DNA of 64,000 bases from Gammaproteobacteria bacterium (GTDB lineage: Bacteria > Pseudomonadota > Gammaproteobacteria > G965277405): positions 256,001 to 320,000 of the forward strand of contig OZ255726.1 of NCBI GenBank assembly GCA_965277405.1, given 5' to 3'. The first letter of the stretch is position 1. Each line of letters begins with the position of its first letter. Shown piece after piece: positions 28,139 through 38,784 of this stretch. The notes under the pieces are model-generated. The model did not search any database. It saw nothing but the letters and a program-made list of their open reading frames with translations, and had not been told where the DNA came from. Position numbers and translations under genes: made by a program.

Positions 28139-28384
28139 CTAGGCTGCGCAACTGTTGGCGGGTGGCATGTTGTTTGCCGTATTGCTGTATTTGCTTTTTC
28201 AATTCAACACAGCTGGGCATGACTGTTTTGTCAAGTGTAATTACTAGCTACTGATAGCGTTTTTCTTGGTTTAATATGGCAGGAATAAGCAAGACTGTAC
28301 GGTCAAAACACGCCATGCCAGCGATGCTTGAACACCCTGCCAGTGGATAGCCTACCAACCCAAGTTGATTAAACCATGGCGGGA

Positions 28385-29476
28385 TCATTGCGCATGCAAT
28401 GGCTGGATGTTCGCAATGATATTGCGCCATTGCGCTAGCTCGGCAATTCCAGGTTTACGTTTGCCAAATATTGTCGCGATAACTTTGTTATGTACGTCAA
28501 ATATTTCTAAGGCGGTCACTATGCCATCCACTGTTGGTTTTTTTGTTACCCAAATATGCGCAATTTGGTCTTCACGAAGATGCAGATTAAACATTGGGTC
28601 GAGTACGTTGTACCATGGACCGTGTTCAACTAGATTTTGTATCGTGCCAGTATGGATTTGAATGCAACCACGGTTGCCAACGAATACCATAATCGGGCAC
28701 TGTGTATCTTTTGCAGCCTCAAACACTTGGCGAATGGCATTGTTGGCAACTTGATAGGCAAAGTCATGCCCAATTAACCGAAAAGCTTGCCGCCGCGCAA
28801 CATTGAATTTTTTGAGCAATGGATGAAACGCATGTGTATCTTGTAAATTCTCCCATGCAATGCGTAGCCCTGCCGTATCAATTTCCGTGTCTGGTCTGTC
28901 ATCTGGATATGGCTGATATTGTTGAATCTTCACAGTATCAGGCTGTGTTGCTGCAGCGTAGGTTTGTACCAATGTATCATAGCCATGCTGATGCGATTTG
29001 GCTGTCAGGTAGATTTTGTGAATGGCCGCGCCAGACTTATCAAAAAATTGTAGGCTATTACGCGGCGTATCGTTTGGATGTTCTGTAACTGCAAAACTGT
29101 ATTGCCAATGCGACATAAACAAGCGCAAATCAATATCAGGATTAACCAACAGCCCGTGTCGACTGTGTTGCTCACCAAAAAATCCTGCTCCTTGGTACAC
29201 ACCATGGCGTTCATGCACACAATATTCATTGCGAGTAAGCGCCATGACTTCACCGAGCGGCTGTAGTGATTGTAACATCGTTTCGGGGTCTTGGCGTAAC
29301 CAGGTCACATCGGTACCGATTCTTGCCGTGAGCAATTCGCATTCTGATATCCCCAGCGCCTGTGCGGCATTGCGGGGACGCATTTTTGGTTGCTCTGCAT
29401 GTAATTTTTGCAAGCGTTGCCGTATTATTGTTGAACTGTCTAACTGTGCTGTTTGTTCCTGTGGTTGAGAGTACAT
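28385..29476 (-). CDS. hemS: Hemin-degrading/heme-binding protein, HemS/HmuS/ChuS family
   Basis: LGISECEL, VMALTRNE..VHERHG, IDLRLF, SLQFFD, IMVFVGNRGCIQIHTG, FNLHL, FGKRKPG. Confidence 0.93.
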   Translation of the reverse strand: MYSQPQEQTAQLDSSTIIRQRLQKLHAEQPKMRPRNAAQALGISECELLTARIGTDVTWLRQDPETMLQSLQPLGEVMALTRNEYCVHERHGVYQGAGFFGEQHSRHGLLVNPDIDLRLFMSHWQYSFAVTEHPNDTPRNSLQFFDKSGAAIHKIYLTAKSHQHGYDTLVQTYAAATQPDTVKIQQYQPYPDDRPDTEIDTAGLRIAWENLQDTHAFHPLLKKFNVARRQAFRLIGHDFAYQVANNAIRQVFEAAKDTQCPIMVFVGNRGCIQIHTGTIQNLVEHGPWYNVLDPMFNLHLREDQIAHIWVTKKPTVDGIVTALEIFDVHNKVIATIFGKRKPGIAELAQWRNIIANIQPLHAQ

Positions 29477-29491
29477 ATAGATATCCTGAGG

Positions 29492-30571
29492 TTATTGAAT
29501 CATAAACTTTACAGGTACGCGTACCCATCCACAGGCTGGACTACCATTGCGGCGGAAAGGCGCGAATTCCCATTTTTTGACTGCAGTAAGTGTGGTTTAT
29601 CAAGCCGCACATACCCTGATGAATGTGCTATTTTTAGCTGTTCAGGCTCGCCACGGATGTTGCTATGGACGTGTAACACCACAGATTGTTGCTGACCAAG
29701 TTCAAGCGCGCGCCTTGGGTAGTAGGACCGCGTTTGCCGGCGATACTGAGCTGCTGTAATAATCATAGCAGTACTGCTTTGGCGGTTATTTTGTGGTACA
29801 TGGACGGCATCTGCTTGCGCAACTTTTGTTATTTTTGATGTTATGCTGGCTATTGGTGGTGGACTGCTGCTTGTATTTGTTGTTGTAGCTACTCGCGCGC
29901 CCTGCTGGATATTGGCTGGTGCTGCTGGACGCTTGGCTTGCATCAATTGTTTGTTGATTGTAGCCGCAGTTGGCTGTTTGCGCACCACTTGCAGATCTTT
30001 TTTCCGCAGCACTTTAACAGCTGTGCTAGCTGTGGGTATAGCTTTATTTGTTTTGCTAGCTGCTGGTATACGCAGCGCAGCGCGTTGTTGTTGCGTGTTT
30101 TCATTGTTTGGCTTTGCACCTGCTGCTGCTGCAGGCGGCATAATGTTTGTGTGCATTGTTGGCAATTCATTGCTGGTGCGTGGCAGCCTAGCAAGGTCGA
30201 TTGCCGCGGCAATTAGGGAAGCTCTGATTAAGTCCATGATGGGCGAGACGGAGAAAAAATGCTGATGAAACTTAAGCGCAGTGCACAGATAATACTGGTG
30301 GTATTATCAAGTGCTGCAACGACGTTAGCGCAGCGTTTTTTCCGTCCTTCTGTTGAATATACAACGGTTTGCTGCAATTGCTGCGCTTGCTGTGTTGCAT
30401 CCCTTGACGTATATGCTACGGCATGCGCCTGCGGAATGCGCCTTGCAATCATCAGCAATTGCAGGCAAACTCGCTCCATCAGCGACTTAATCAGAGGTTC
30501 CTTATGGCGTTGAAACTGACCGCAAAGTATTGCAGCCACTTGCCATAATGCGGGGTGATATTGCTGGTCAT
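29492..30571 (-). pseudogene. tonB: TonB energy transducer, interrupted by a MITE and frameshifted
   Basis: YYPRRA..SSGY.RLD then a frameshift to AVKKWEFAP..WVRVPVKF; removing the MITE and one TSD restores the N-terminal anchor WLQYFAVSFNALIAAAI. Confidence 0.78.
30217..30501 (-). mobile_element. MITE copy (285 bp) inside tonB
   Basis: TTAG|GGAAGCTCTGATTAAG ... CTTAATCAGAGGTTCC|TTAT. Confidence 0.9.
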
Positions 30572-30573
30572 TG

Positions 30574-30849
30574 CTAACATTGAAAACTTGTTTGCACATG
30601 ATAGTTACGCCCTTGTGCAAATGCGCCAGCAAACACGTGTTGGTATTTTGTATCTGCTGGATTACCGATGCCTACATCAACAGTGATAACAGTGATGTTA
30701 TTCAGCCGTTGCGACTGCCATCTATAATATAGATTGTGCACGCTGTAGCCATCACGCTGTTTTGCAGGCTTGTTGACTTTATCATGTTTCGCTGCAAATG
30801 TGCCACGCCAGCCAATTGTAGCAGTTGCGTCAATTGTTGTGAATTTCAT
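30574..30849 (-). pseudogene. C-terminal remnant of a TonB-dependent heme receptor (HmuR/ChuA-like)
   Basis: IGWRGTFA, GYSVHNLY..W, VGIGN..DTKY, GRNY..SFQ resemble the last barrel strands. Confidence 0.68.
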
Positions 30850-30892
30850 GCCAAGGTACGCGGTGGTTGTCGTTGGGGTAATTAACCAAGTG

Positions 30893-30979
30893 TTTGTTGA
30901 TCGAAATCAACTGAGCGTTTCGAGTCGGTTGCAGTGTGCATTCCTTGCTATTACGGATAATCCGTATTGGCTTATTCAT
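30893..30979 (-). pseudogene. Degenerate hemin uptake regulator HemP/HmuP
   Basis: IRIIRNSKECTLQPTRNAQLISINK resembles the HemP C-terminal pattern (I.H.G..Y.LR.TR.GKLIL.K); position fits. Confidence 0.45.
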
Positions 30980-31005
30980 TCTTAACAAGTCTTAAGCGCT
31001 GTAAT

Positions 31006-31037
31006 GTGTTATCGAGGTGTTATCGAGGTGTTATCGA
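31006..31037. repeat. 11-bp tandem repeat x3
   Basis: GTGTTATCGAG units. Confidence 0.85.
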
Positions 31038-31148
31038 CAATGTCAATGTCACGGTCAATGTCACGTTTGTTGCTACTGTAATCTAATTACTTGCTGCTTG
31101 CTGCTGCACCTGATTTAAATTAATCGAGCTAATCAACAAGTTAACCGT

Positions 31149-31167
31149 AATAAGAACGATTGTCATT
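31149..31167. promoter_or_regulatory. Putative Fur box
   Basis: AATAAGAACGATTGTCATT, an imperfect 9-1-9 repeat upstream of the heme-uptake genes. Confidence 0.6.
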
Positions 31168-31267
31168 TAGCGCAGCGGTATAGTCAATAGCTACACCTTG
31201 AATTAATAAAGAAACTTGAATTAACAAAGAAAAATGTGCGGCTCAGTCAAACAATGCTGTTGCTGAT

Positions 31268-31582
31268 GAAAGCTCTGATTAAGTCCATGACGGGCGAGAC
31301 GGAAAAAACGAAGATGAAACTTAAGCGCAGTGCGCAGCTAATACTAGTGGGTCTTGTGGGTCTTGTGGGTATTGCCAAGTGCTGCAACGACGTTAGCGCA
31401 GCATTTTTTCCCGTCATTCTGTTGCATATACTTTGGGTTTGCGGCAATTGCTTACGCTTGCTGTGTTGCATCCCTTGGCGTATATGCTACGGCATGCGCC
31501 AGCGAATGCGCGCGGTTTGCGCCTTGCCATCATCAGCAATTGCAGGCAAACTCGTTCCATCAGCGACTTAATCAGAGCTTCC
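31268..31582 (-). mobile_element. MITE copy (315 bp)
   Basis: GAAAGCTCTGATTAAG ... CTTAATCAGAGCTTCC. Confidence 0.88.
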
Positions 31583-31633
31583 TTATACAACCTACGTTTT
31601 TAAACGATTAAAATACTGGAGCATACAACTAAC

Positions 31634-31710
31634 TGGCGGAGCGGACGGGGCTCGAACCCGCGACCCCCGGCGTGACAGGCCGGTATTCTAACCAACTGAA
31701 CTACCGCTCC
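31634..31710 (-). tRNA. tRNA-Asp(GTC)
   Basis: GGAGCGGTAGTTCAGTTGG..CCTGTCACG..GGTTCGAGCCC..CCA; 77 nt. Confidence 0.97.
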
Positions 31711-31715
31711 AATTT

Positions 31716-31791
31716 TGGTGGGTGCTACAGGGCTTGAACCTGTGACCTCCGCCGTGTAAAGGCGGCGCTCTCCCAACTGAGCTAAGCACCC
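31716..31791 (-). tRNA. tRNA-Val(TAC)
   Basis: GGGTGCTTAGCTCAGTTGG..TTTACAC..GGTTCAAGCC..CCA; 76 nt. Confidence 0.97.
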
Positions 31792-31802
31792 GTAGAGCGA
31801 GA

Positions 31803-31830
31803 ATTGTATGTCCAGATTAAGGTATGTCAA
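31803..31830 (-). promoter_or_regulatory. Sigma70 promoter of the tRNA pair
   Basis: TTGACA-N16-TACAAT on the minus strand. Confidence 0.75.
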
Positions 31831-31949
31831 TTAGAGTTAGTGGGTTTGTTAATGGCTAAAGTGGTTGTTGCTATTGATATTGCAGGCTTTGCTAGCTATA
31901 TTTAGATTAGTGGAATCTACAGTATTGTGCGTAGACAGATGGCAAAATT

Positions 31950-33047
31950 GTGCGTATAATTGCACAACATAATTTGTTCAAAAAAAACACCCTTCAAATA
32001 CCAACAAATACTCTTTTTAGATTTTACGCAGAGCGTATATTGCCTGTAATACCAAGTAGCATCAAAATTCGCTTGACGGCCGATCTGGTAATGGCAACTT
32101 TTATTTTGATAGCAAGCTTTCAGTCGGCAAAACTAGGATGGAGCTTAGCCGAAAAGTTTGGTGTTGTAGTCCAAGATACTGAGGTGTTTTCAATTACCCC
32201 GCCTGCTGCTATAAGCCGTCTATCGCCTGCGTGGGGGCGATGGATTGATATAGCCAGTGTTGAGCCGCAAACCAAGCAAGCTGTTGTGCAGAAAACTGTA
32301 ACGCCTGCAACCTTGCCAACAATCGACACCTCACTTAACATCGTTGGGTTAATCGACTTGGGTATTGCAGGTGTGGCAATTATGCAAGTCAACGGTGCTG
32401 GAGTGCGGGTATATAGCGTCGGCGATGTTGTTGACGGCGATGTTTTCCTTGCGTCAGTTACCTCTGAATCATTAATGCTCTCCATTTATTTACCTGATGG
32501 GGAAAAAGTATCGAAAGAATGTTTCTTACCCAATGCTATCAATGCCATAAGTACATATGAAAAACATGAATTGAGTTATTCACCCATCAAAACACTTGAT
32601 GCAGGCGAGCGTTTAGATGCCGCAGCACAGCCAATAACCAAGGCAAATCAAGATGGCGCAACTCCAGTGGCAGTAACTGCTAAACCTGCAGTTAAAAATA
32701 CCGTTCAGGTAGTGTCGCTGCAGTCATTACCTAAGAGCGAACAGGCTAATGTTGCTGCTGTGCGTAAAGGCTTAGCAAATGCACCGTTAGACATTATGCG
32801 CGAATTTCAAATGAGCAGAGTGCAAGTTGGTCGCAGGTCTGGATTAAGGGTAGCGTCTTCAAAATACAGAGGGTTATTGCACTCATTTGGCTTGCGTGAT
32901 AGCGATATTGTTTTACGTATCAATGGTAAATCAGTCAATGATGTGTTACGCAGTCCACAATTATGGAATAGTTTACTTGCTGCCAAACAATTTGTTGTTG
33001 ATATTTGGCGCGATGGACAAGAGAAAAAGTTATATATGAAATTATGA
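31950..33047 (+). CDS. gspC: T2SS protein C-like (TM, HR, PDZ)
   Basis: N-terminal TM, VYSVGD, GLRDSDIVLRING PDZ motif; lies before gspD; start uncertain. Confidence 0.72.
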   Translation: MRIIAQHNLFKKNTLQIPTNTLFRFYAERILPVIPSSIKIRLTADLVMATFILIASFQSAKLGWSLAEKFGVVVQDTEVFSITPPAAISRLSPAWGRWIDIASVEPQTKQAVVQKTVTPATLPTIDTSLNIVGLIDLGIAGVAIMQVNGAGVRVYSVGDVVDGDVFLASVTSESLMLSIYLPDGEKVSKECFLPNAINAISTYEKHELSYSPIKTLDAGERLDAAAQPITKANQDGATPVAVTAKPAVKNTVQVVSLQSLPKSEQANVAAVRKGLANAPLDIMREFQMSRVQVGRRSGLRVASSKYRGLLHSFGLRDSDIVLRINGKSVNDVLRSPQLWNSLLAAKQFVVDIWRDGQEKKLYMKL

Positions 33048-35233
33048 AACTTCGTTTTTTTCTTTTTTTCACCATGTTGCTTACCTATGTGCCGGCTACT
33101 GCGGCAGGCGAGTTATCAATTAATTTTCGTAATGTTGATATTGGTCTTGTTGTTGAAAGTGTCTCTAAACTCACGGGGCGTAATTTTATTCTTGACCCAC
33201 GGGTGAATGGGCGGGTAACCCTGCTCGCAAGCACGCCTGTTAATGAAGAAGACTTATACGAGGTGCTGCTCAATATCCTGCATGTGTATGGCTTTGCAGC
33301 AATTCCAGGAACAGATATTACTAAAATTGTGCCGGCCGCAATCGCCAGGAGTTATGCCCCTGCGTATACTGAAAAAGAACGCCATGCATTAATTACTGAA
33401 GTTATTAAGGTAGTGAATAATTCTTCACAACAGCTTGTCGCGGTGCTGCGCCCAATGCTTTCACAAAACGCGCATCTCGTCGCATTAGCAAACGGCAATT
33501 CATTAGTTGTGAGTGACGTTAAAGTTAATGTTGAGCGTATCAAAAAAATCATTACCAAGATTGATACAGTACAAAAACGCGACTATGACATTATTCAACT
33601 CAACCATGCATCAGCAGAGCACGTTATGGCATTGGTGCAGTCAATCTATAAAAACAATAATGAAACGCTTGCATTAAATTTGCAAATAGACACCCGCACC
33701 AATCGACTGATTTTATCAGCCAGTAAAGATCTGCGGCTGGCAGCACGCGCATTAATTGCTGAACTTGATACGCCGCTTGACTCAGGGAGCAATGTCCGCG
33801 TGTTGTACCTAAAATTTGCCAAGGCAGAAAACTTGGTTCCAGTGATAGAAAGCCTGTTGAATTCTGACAGTTTTAAAAGTATTGCAACGACAAATGCGAG
33901 CGCTGGCGACCCACTGGCTGCTGCTTTGCAACCAAAAGGTGCTACTAAGCCAAGTGTTGTCGCAATACAGCAAGCATCAACTATACAGTCGTTATCGAAT
34001 GGCAACCCTAGTGCGCTATTAAATACGACATCTGTGACAGCTGATACCGATCTAAACGCACTGATTATCAGCGGACCAAGTTCAATTATCGGCTCGCTAG
34101 AGGCAGTCATTCGCAAGCTTGATATTCCCCGTGCCCAAGTTTCGATTGAAGTTATTATTGCCGAACTTTCTGATAACCAATTAAATGAATTGGGTTTAGA
34201 TTGGATTGCAAATACCAACATCAAAGCAATTGGCGACTTAAGCGGTAATTTAACGAGCGCACTAACTGCTGCTACGCAAACCGGCGGTGTCGCGGCGCTT
34301 GCAGCGCTTGCACAAGGTAAAGGAATGGTCACAGGTATTGGTAGCGGATCCCTTACTGATGGCTGGGCTATGTTGATTAGTGCTATTGATAGTGATGGTA
34401 CATCCAATGTGTTATCCACACCGTATATCATCACCTTAGATAATGAGGAAGCAAATTTTGTTGCAGGTGAAGATGTGCCATTTGTCACAGGGAGTTCGAC
34501 AACTTCTGCTGGTGCTTCTACCAGCCCATTCCAGACAATTTCTCGCAAACAACTTGGGATTAAATTAAAAGTAAAGCCACAAATAACTGGTGGCGATACC
34601 ATTAAGCTAGAAATATCTCAAGAGGTTTCTAGCGTTGTACCAAATAGCATTAATGCCAGTGATTTGGTTACATCGGTGCGCCAAATAGAGACGGTAGTCC
34701 AAGTCAACGACAATGGCGTAATTGCTTTAGGTGGCTTGCAGCAAAATCGCCAACTTGAAACAACCAATAGCATACCAATTTTAAGCTCAATACCGCTATT
34801 GGGAGCGCTGTTTCGCTATCAAAATTCCGAGATGCGCAAAACAACATTAATGTTATTCCTGCGTCCGCGAATTTTAAAAAACGATAGCGACTTATCGGCA
34901 ATGAGTTATGCAAAATATCATCACTTTCGCTCACAGCAGATGGAGTATAATAAAAACAGATCATTTATTGATTATAATGAGCGGCCGCTATTGCCTGAAT
35001 TGCGGAGTCTGCCAATGGTATTAGATTTAGGATTAAACAAACAAGAAAGCGTAACGTTTGTTAAACGACTAGATTTTTTAGGAACAGATGCGGCTAAACA
35101 GGTATTTAGCCAATCGCAACAACAGCGATCGGCATTGCAACAATCGCTTGATGAAGACGGCAGCTTTGATGATATAATTCCTAAGGAACCTCTGATTAAG
35201 TCCATGATGGGCGAGACGGAGAAAAAACGCTGA
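33044..35233 (+). CDS. gspD: T2SS secretin; last ~15 aa are MITE-derived
   Basis: INFRNVDI, FILDPRVNGRV, LDIPRAQV, LSTP..TLDNEEA..GEDVP, IPLLGALF. Confidence 0.93.
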   Translation: MKLRFFLFFTMLLTYVPATAAGELSINFRNVDIGLVVESVSKLTGRNFILDPRVNGRVTLLASTPVNEEDLYEVLLNILHVYGFAAIPGTDITKIVPAAIARSYAPAYTEKERHALITEVIKVVNNSSQQLVAVLRPMLSQNAHLVALANGNSLVVSDVKVNVERIKKIITKIDTVQKRDYDIIQLNHASAEHVMALVQSIYKNNNETLALNLQIDTRTNRLILSASKDLRLAARALIAELDTPLDSGSNVRVLYLKFAKAENLVPVIESLLNSDSFKSIATTNASAGDPLAAALQPKGATKPSVVAIQQASTIQSLSNGNPSALLNTTSVTADTDLNALIISGPSSIIGSLEAVIRKLDIPRAQVSIEVIIAELSDNQLNELGLDWIANTNIKAIGDLSGNLTSALTAATQTGGVAALAALAQGKGMVTGIGSGSLTDGWAMLISAIDSDGTSNVLSTPYIITLDNEEANFVAGEDVPFVTGSSTTSAGASTSPFQTISRKQLGIKLKVKPQITGGDTIKLEISQEVSSVVPNSINASDLVTSVRQIETVVQVNDNGVIALGGLQQNRQLETTNSIPILSSIPLLGALFRYQNSEMRKTTLMLFLRPRILKNDSDLSAMSYAKYHHFRSQQMEYNKNRSFIDYNERPLLPELRSLPMVLDLGLNKQESVTFVKRLDFLGTDAAKQVFSQSQQQRSALQQSLDEDGSFDDIIPKEPLIKSMMGETEKKR

Positions 35234-35478
35234 TGATAACTAGACGCAGTGCGCAGACAATACTGGTGGTCTTGTGGGTGTTGCCAAGTGCTGCAACGAC
35301 GTTAGCGCAGCGTTTTTTATCCGTCCTTCTGTTGAATATACTTTGGGTTTGCTGCAGCGGTACTTGCTGTGTTGCATCCCTTGGCGTATATGCTACGGCA
35401 TACGCCTGCGGAATGCGCCTTGCAATCATCAGCAATTTCAGGCAAACTCGCTCCATCAGCGAGTTAGTCAGAGGTTCT
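35185..35478 (-). mobile_element. MITE copy (294 bp) with a perfect CTAA target duplication
   Basis: CTAA|GGAACCTCTGATTAAG ... GTTAGTCAGAGGTTCT|CTAA. Confidence 0.92.
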
Positions 35479-35546
35479 CTAAGAATAATGATGGCACTAC
35501 CCATGAGAACATGAACGCAGCTAGCCGGTCTGCTGAGGATCGATAA

Positions 35547-37127
35547 ATGACCGACCTCAACCAATATTTTAATGAAGAGATGCTCACAGATGAGCAAGAT
35601 GCAGCTACTGTTATTGATATTGATATTGATATTGGGGCAACAGCCGTTAAAAAGCGGTTGCCGTATCAATTTGTAAAAACCAATCATGTGTTTATTGAGC
35701 TGCATGACAACAAAGTCGACGTTATTTATGCTGAAGGACACCCCCCTGCCCCGCTAATTCTTGCGGAAATACAACGTACATATGCTGTTATAAATGGTAT
35801 TAAGCCATTAACAAGGTGGCAGTTTGATACCCGTGTGCAAGCAATGTATGCAAGTGCTGATACATCATCAGAAGCTGTTGGTGCATTAAGCGACTCAATC
35901 GTAGGGCTCGATGAAGCAACCGCAATGTTGGACGAGCCTGACGATCTGCTCAGTGGTGATGACGGTGCGCCAATCGTGCGCTTAATTAATGCCATTTTTT
36001 ATGAAGCATATCGAGAAAAGGCCTCGGATATCCACGTCCAGCCTTTTGAAAAACAATTGGTTGTGCGTTTTCGTGTAGATGGAGTGTTAAAAACAATTGT
36101 TAAAGCTTCGCGAAAATTTTCGCCATTAGTTGTTTCGCGCATCAAAGTAATGGCGAAACTTGATATTGCCGAAAAACGCATTCCACAAGACGGTCGAATC
36201 ACGATTCGCCTAGGTGGAAAAAGTGTTGATATGCGCGTCTCGACAATTCCAACAGCATTTGGCGAACGCGTCGTGATGCGCTTACTCGATAAAGAAGCAA
36301 CGCGACTTGATCTAGACTCATTAGGAATGCAGCTGGCACAGTTACAGCTTCTCAATACAGTAATCAATCGCTCGCATGGAGTGTTTTTAGTGACAGGTCC
36401 GACTGGTTCAGGAAAAACCACTACGTTGTATGCAAGTTTGAGCGAAATTGACACGCAACATTTAAACGTGATGACTGTCGAGGATCCGATTGAATATTAT
36501 TTTGAGGGTATGAGTCAAACGCAAGTCAACATTCGTGCCGATATGACTTTTGCCCGCGGACTACGCGCAATTTTACGTCAAGACCCTGACGTGGTTATGG
36601 TTGGTGAAATTCGCGATAGCGAAACAGCCGAAATATGTGTCCAAGCCAGTTTAACTGGTCACTTAGTGCTTTCTACCCTCCACACCAATAGCGCTACTGG
36701 TGCGATTACTCGGCTTATTGACATGGGTATTGAGCCATTCTTGGTGGCATCAACATTGCAAGGAGTATTAGCACAACGGCTGGTGAGAAAATTGTGTAAT
36801 TCCTGTAAAACGGCGTATGAACCAACAGTCCATGAACAACGAGTGTTTTCTGCGGAGTTAGCAAAGCAAAAAGCTGTAACAATTTATTCTCCAAATGGCT
36901 GCGATGAATGCTATCAATCGGGCTATGCTGGCAGAATTGGGGTGTATGAATTAATCCAGATTGATCATAATCTACGTGAAATGATTCATAATAACGCAGG
37001 AGAAATATATTGGAATAAATACGTTCGAGAGCAGCAAAAAGTTATTAGCTTGCGTGAATATGGACTTGGTTTGGTCCTTGCTGGTGTTACGAGTTTTCAA
37101 GAAATAATGCGCGTGACCCAAGAGTAA
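35547..37127 (+). CDS. gspE: T2SS ATPase
   Basis: ASDIH, LDIAEKRIPQDGR, GPTGSGKTT, LRQDPDVVMVGEIRD, CNSC/CDEC. Confidence 0.95.
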   Translation: MTDLNQYFNEEMLTDEQDAATVIDIDIDIGATAVKKRLPYQFVKTNHVFIELHDNKVDVIYAEGHPPAPLILAEIQRTYAVINGIKPLTRWQFDTRVQAMYASADTSSEAVGALSDSIVGLDEATAMLDEPDDLLSGDDGAPIVRLINAIFYEAYREKASDIHVQPFEKQLVVRFRVDGVLKTIVKASRKFSPLVVSRIKVMAKLDIAEKRIPQDGRITIRLGGKSVDMRVSTIPTAFGERVVMRLLDKEATRLDLDSLGMQLAQLQLLNTVINRSHGVFLVTGPTGSGKTTTLYASLSEIDTQHLNVMTVEDPIEYYFEGMSQTQVNIRADMTFARGLRAILRQDPDVVMVGEIRDSETAEICVQASLTGHLVLSTLHTNSATGAITRLIDMGIEPFLVASTLQGVLAQRLVRKLCNSCKTAYEPTVHEQRVFSAELAKQKAVTIYSPNGCDECYQSGYAGRIGVYELIQIDHNLREMIHNNAGEIYWNKYVREQQKVISLREYGLGLVLAGVTSFQEIMRVTQE

Positions 37128-37133
37128 CAATAC

Positions 37134-38357
37134 ATGGAAAAATATGAATACCAAGCTATAAATAGCAAAGGTAAGAAAGTATCTGGGTTCATTGAGCAAG
37201 AAAATATCAAAGCGGCGCGCGCACAACTGCGCAAACAAGGCGTGATGCCAACGTCTATCGAAGAGGCTGGGAAATTTATCCATTCTACCAGATCGATGTT
37301 TGGATTTATTTCGCTGAAAAGCAAAGTCAAATCTATTGATCTGATGGTGTTAACACGGCAATTAGCCACATTAGTCAGCGCTGGAAATCCTCTTGTAGAA
37401 AGCTTGAGTTTGATTGGTCGACAAAGCGAAAACAAACGCTTGGCAAAAGCGGTGACGCTGATTAAAGGACTACTGACCGAAGGCTATAGTCTATCGTATG
37501 CGCTGGCAAATAATACCTTAATCTTTCCTGTCAGTTATATTGCAACCGTTGCCGCAGGCGAAGAAAGCGGCAAATTACCACAAGTATTGCTGCGTTTGGC
37601 GGATGATGTTGAAAAAAGCGCGCAGACCAAACAGACCGTTGGTGGAGCATTAGTGTATCCAGTAATTATGGTGGTAGTCGCAATTTCTGTGGTGGTGTTA
37701 TTGATGACATTTGTTGTGCCAAAAATAACCGAAGTATATGCAAGTCAAAATCAACAGTTGCCAATTTTGACAACAGTGATGATTAGTGTGAGCGAGACAT
37801 TACGTGCGCATGGCATATATATCCTCTGGTGTATTTTAATCTCCATTATCACGTTTGTGTATGTATACCGTAGGCCTAGCTTTAAGTATCGTGTCCATCG
37901 TCTCCTCGTAAAATCTCCAGTATTGGGTCACTGGATTATTATTGCTAATGTCAGCCGTTGGTCGCGAAGCTTGAGTATTTTATTGTCAAGTGGCGTGCCT
38001 TCATTACAATCAATCCAACTTGCAAGTGACTCTATCAGTAATCTGTATTTACATGATAAAATGTTGCAAGTAACAAAAAATGTTCGTGAAGGCGCTAGTT
38101 TGTTTCGTTCGCTACAACAGCACAGCGAGTTTCCTAATTTTTTAACGTATTTAATAAATAGTGGCGAGCAAAGCGGCAACTTAGACGAAATGCTGATGCG
38201 CACCGCTGATTATTATGAAAGAACATTGCGCCAAACAACCGAGGCTGCCGTCAAGTTGTTTGAGCCATTACTTATCTTAGTGATGGGCTCGGTGGTAATG
38301 GTGATAGTAATGGCGATTTTGCTACCGTTGTTTGGTATAAATCAACTCATTAAATAG
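37134..38357 (+). CDS. gspF: T2SS inner-membrane platform protein
   Basis: TRQLATLV, AGEESGKL, YP, SGEQSGNLD, EPLLI. Confidence 0.93.
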   Translation: MEKYEYQAINSKGKKVSGFIEQENIKAARAQLRKQGVMPTSIEEAGKFIHSTRSMFGFISLKSKVKSIDLMVLTRQLATLVSAGNPLVESLSLIGRQSENKRLAKAVTLIKGLLTEGYSLSYALANNTLIFPVSYIATVAAGEESGKLPQVLLRLADDVEKSAQTKQTVGGALVYPVIMVVVAISVVVLLMTFVVPKITEVYASQNQQLPILTTVMISVSETLRAHGIYILWCILISIITFVYVYRRPSFKYRVHRLLVKSPVLGHWIIIANVSRWSRSLSILLSSGVPSLQSIQLASDSISNLYLHDKMLQVTKNVREGASLFRSLQQHSEFPNFLTYLINSGEQSGNLDEMLMRTADYYERTLRQTTEAAVKLFEPLLILVMGSVVMVIVMAILLPLFGINQLIK

Positions 38358-38372
38358 ATAATTGGAATAGAC

Positions 38373-38768
38373 ATGAATGTAAAAAATATGCAACACCTAG
38401 CCGCCGGCAAGCAACGCGGCGTAACGTTGATAGAACTGTTAGTGGTTTTAGTGATTATCAGCGTATTAGCAGCGATGGTCGTGCCACAATTTTTTGGTCA
38501 AGCAGACGAAGCGCGGGTCAAAGTTGCTAAAGCTGATGTTGCCAATATTCGCAACGCTGTAGAAATTTACCGACTTAATAATGGTAGTTATCCAACATCG
38601 TTACAAGAAATAGCAGGGGTGGGAAAGTCGCTACGAAAATTACCAAAAGACCCTTGGGGCAAAGATTATCACTATCAAGTAAACGCCAATGCTTTCACAT
38701 TGTATTCAACTGGTGCAGATGGTGTGGAAGGAGGCAGTGGCGTTGATGAAGATATTAAGGATGAGTAA
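38373..38768 (+). CDS. gspG: T2SS major pseudopilin
   Basis: QRG|VTLIELLVV, YRLNNGSYP, LPKDPWG, GADG.EGG. Confidence 0.92.
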   Translation: MNVKNMQHLAAGKQRGVTLIELLVVLVIISVLAAMVVPQFFGQADEARVKVAKADVANIRNAVEIYRLNNGSYPTSLQEIAGVGKSLRKLPKDPWGKDYHYQVNANAFTLYSTGADGVEGGSGVDEDIKDE

Positions 38769-38784
38769 CTCCAATAGATAAGCT

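Noticed and set aside
33646-34602. 318-aa antisense ORF within gspD, and similar shadow ORFs elsewhere
   Set aside because: Opposite-strand shadows of well-supported genes with no motifs
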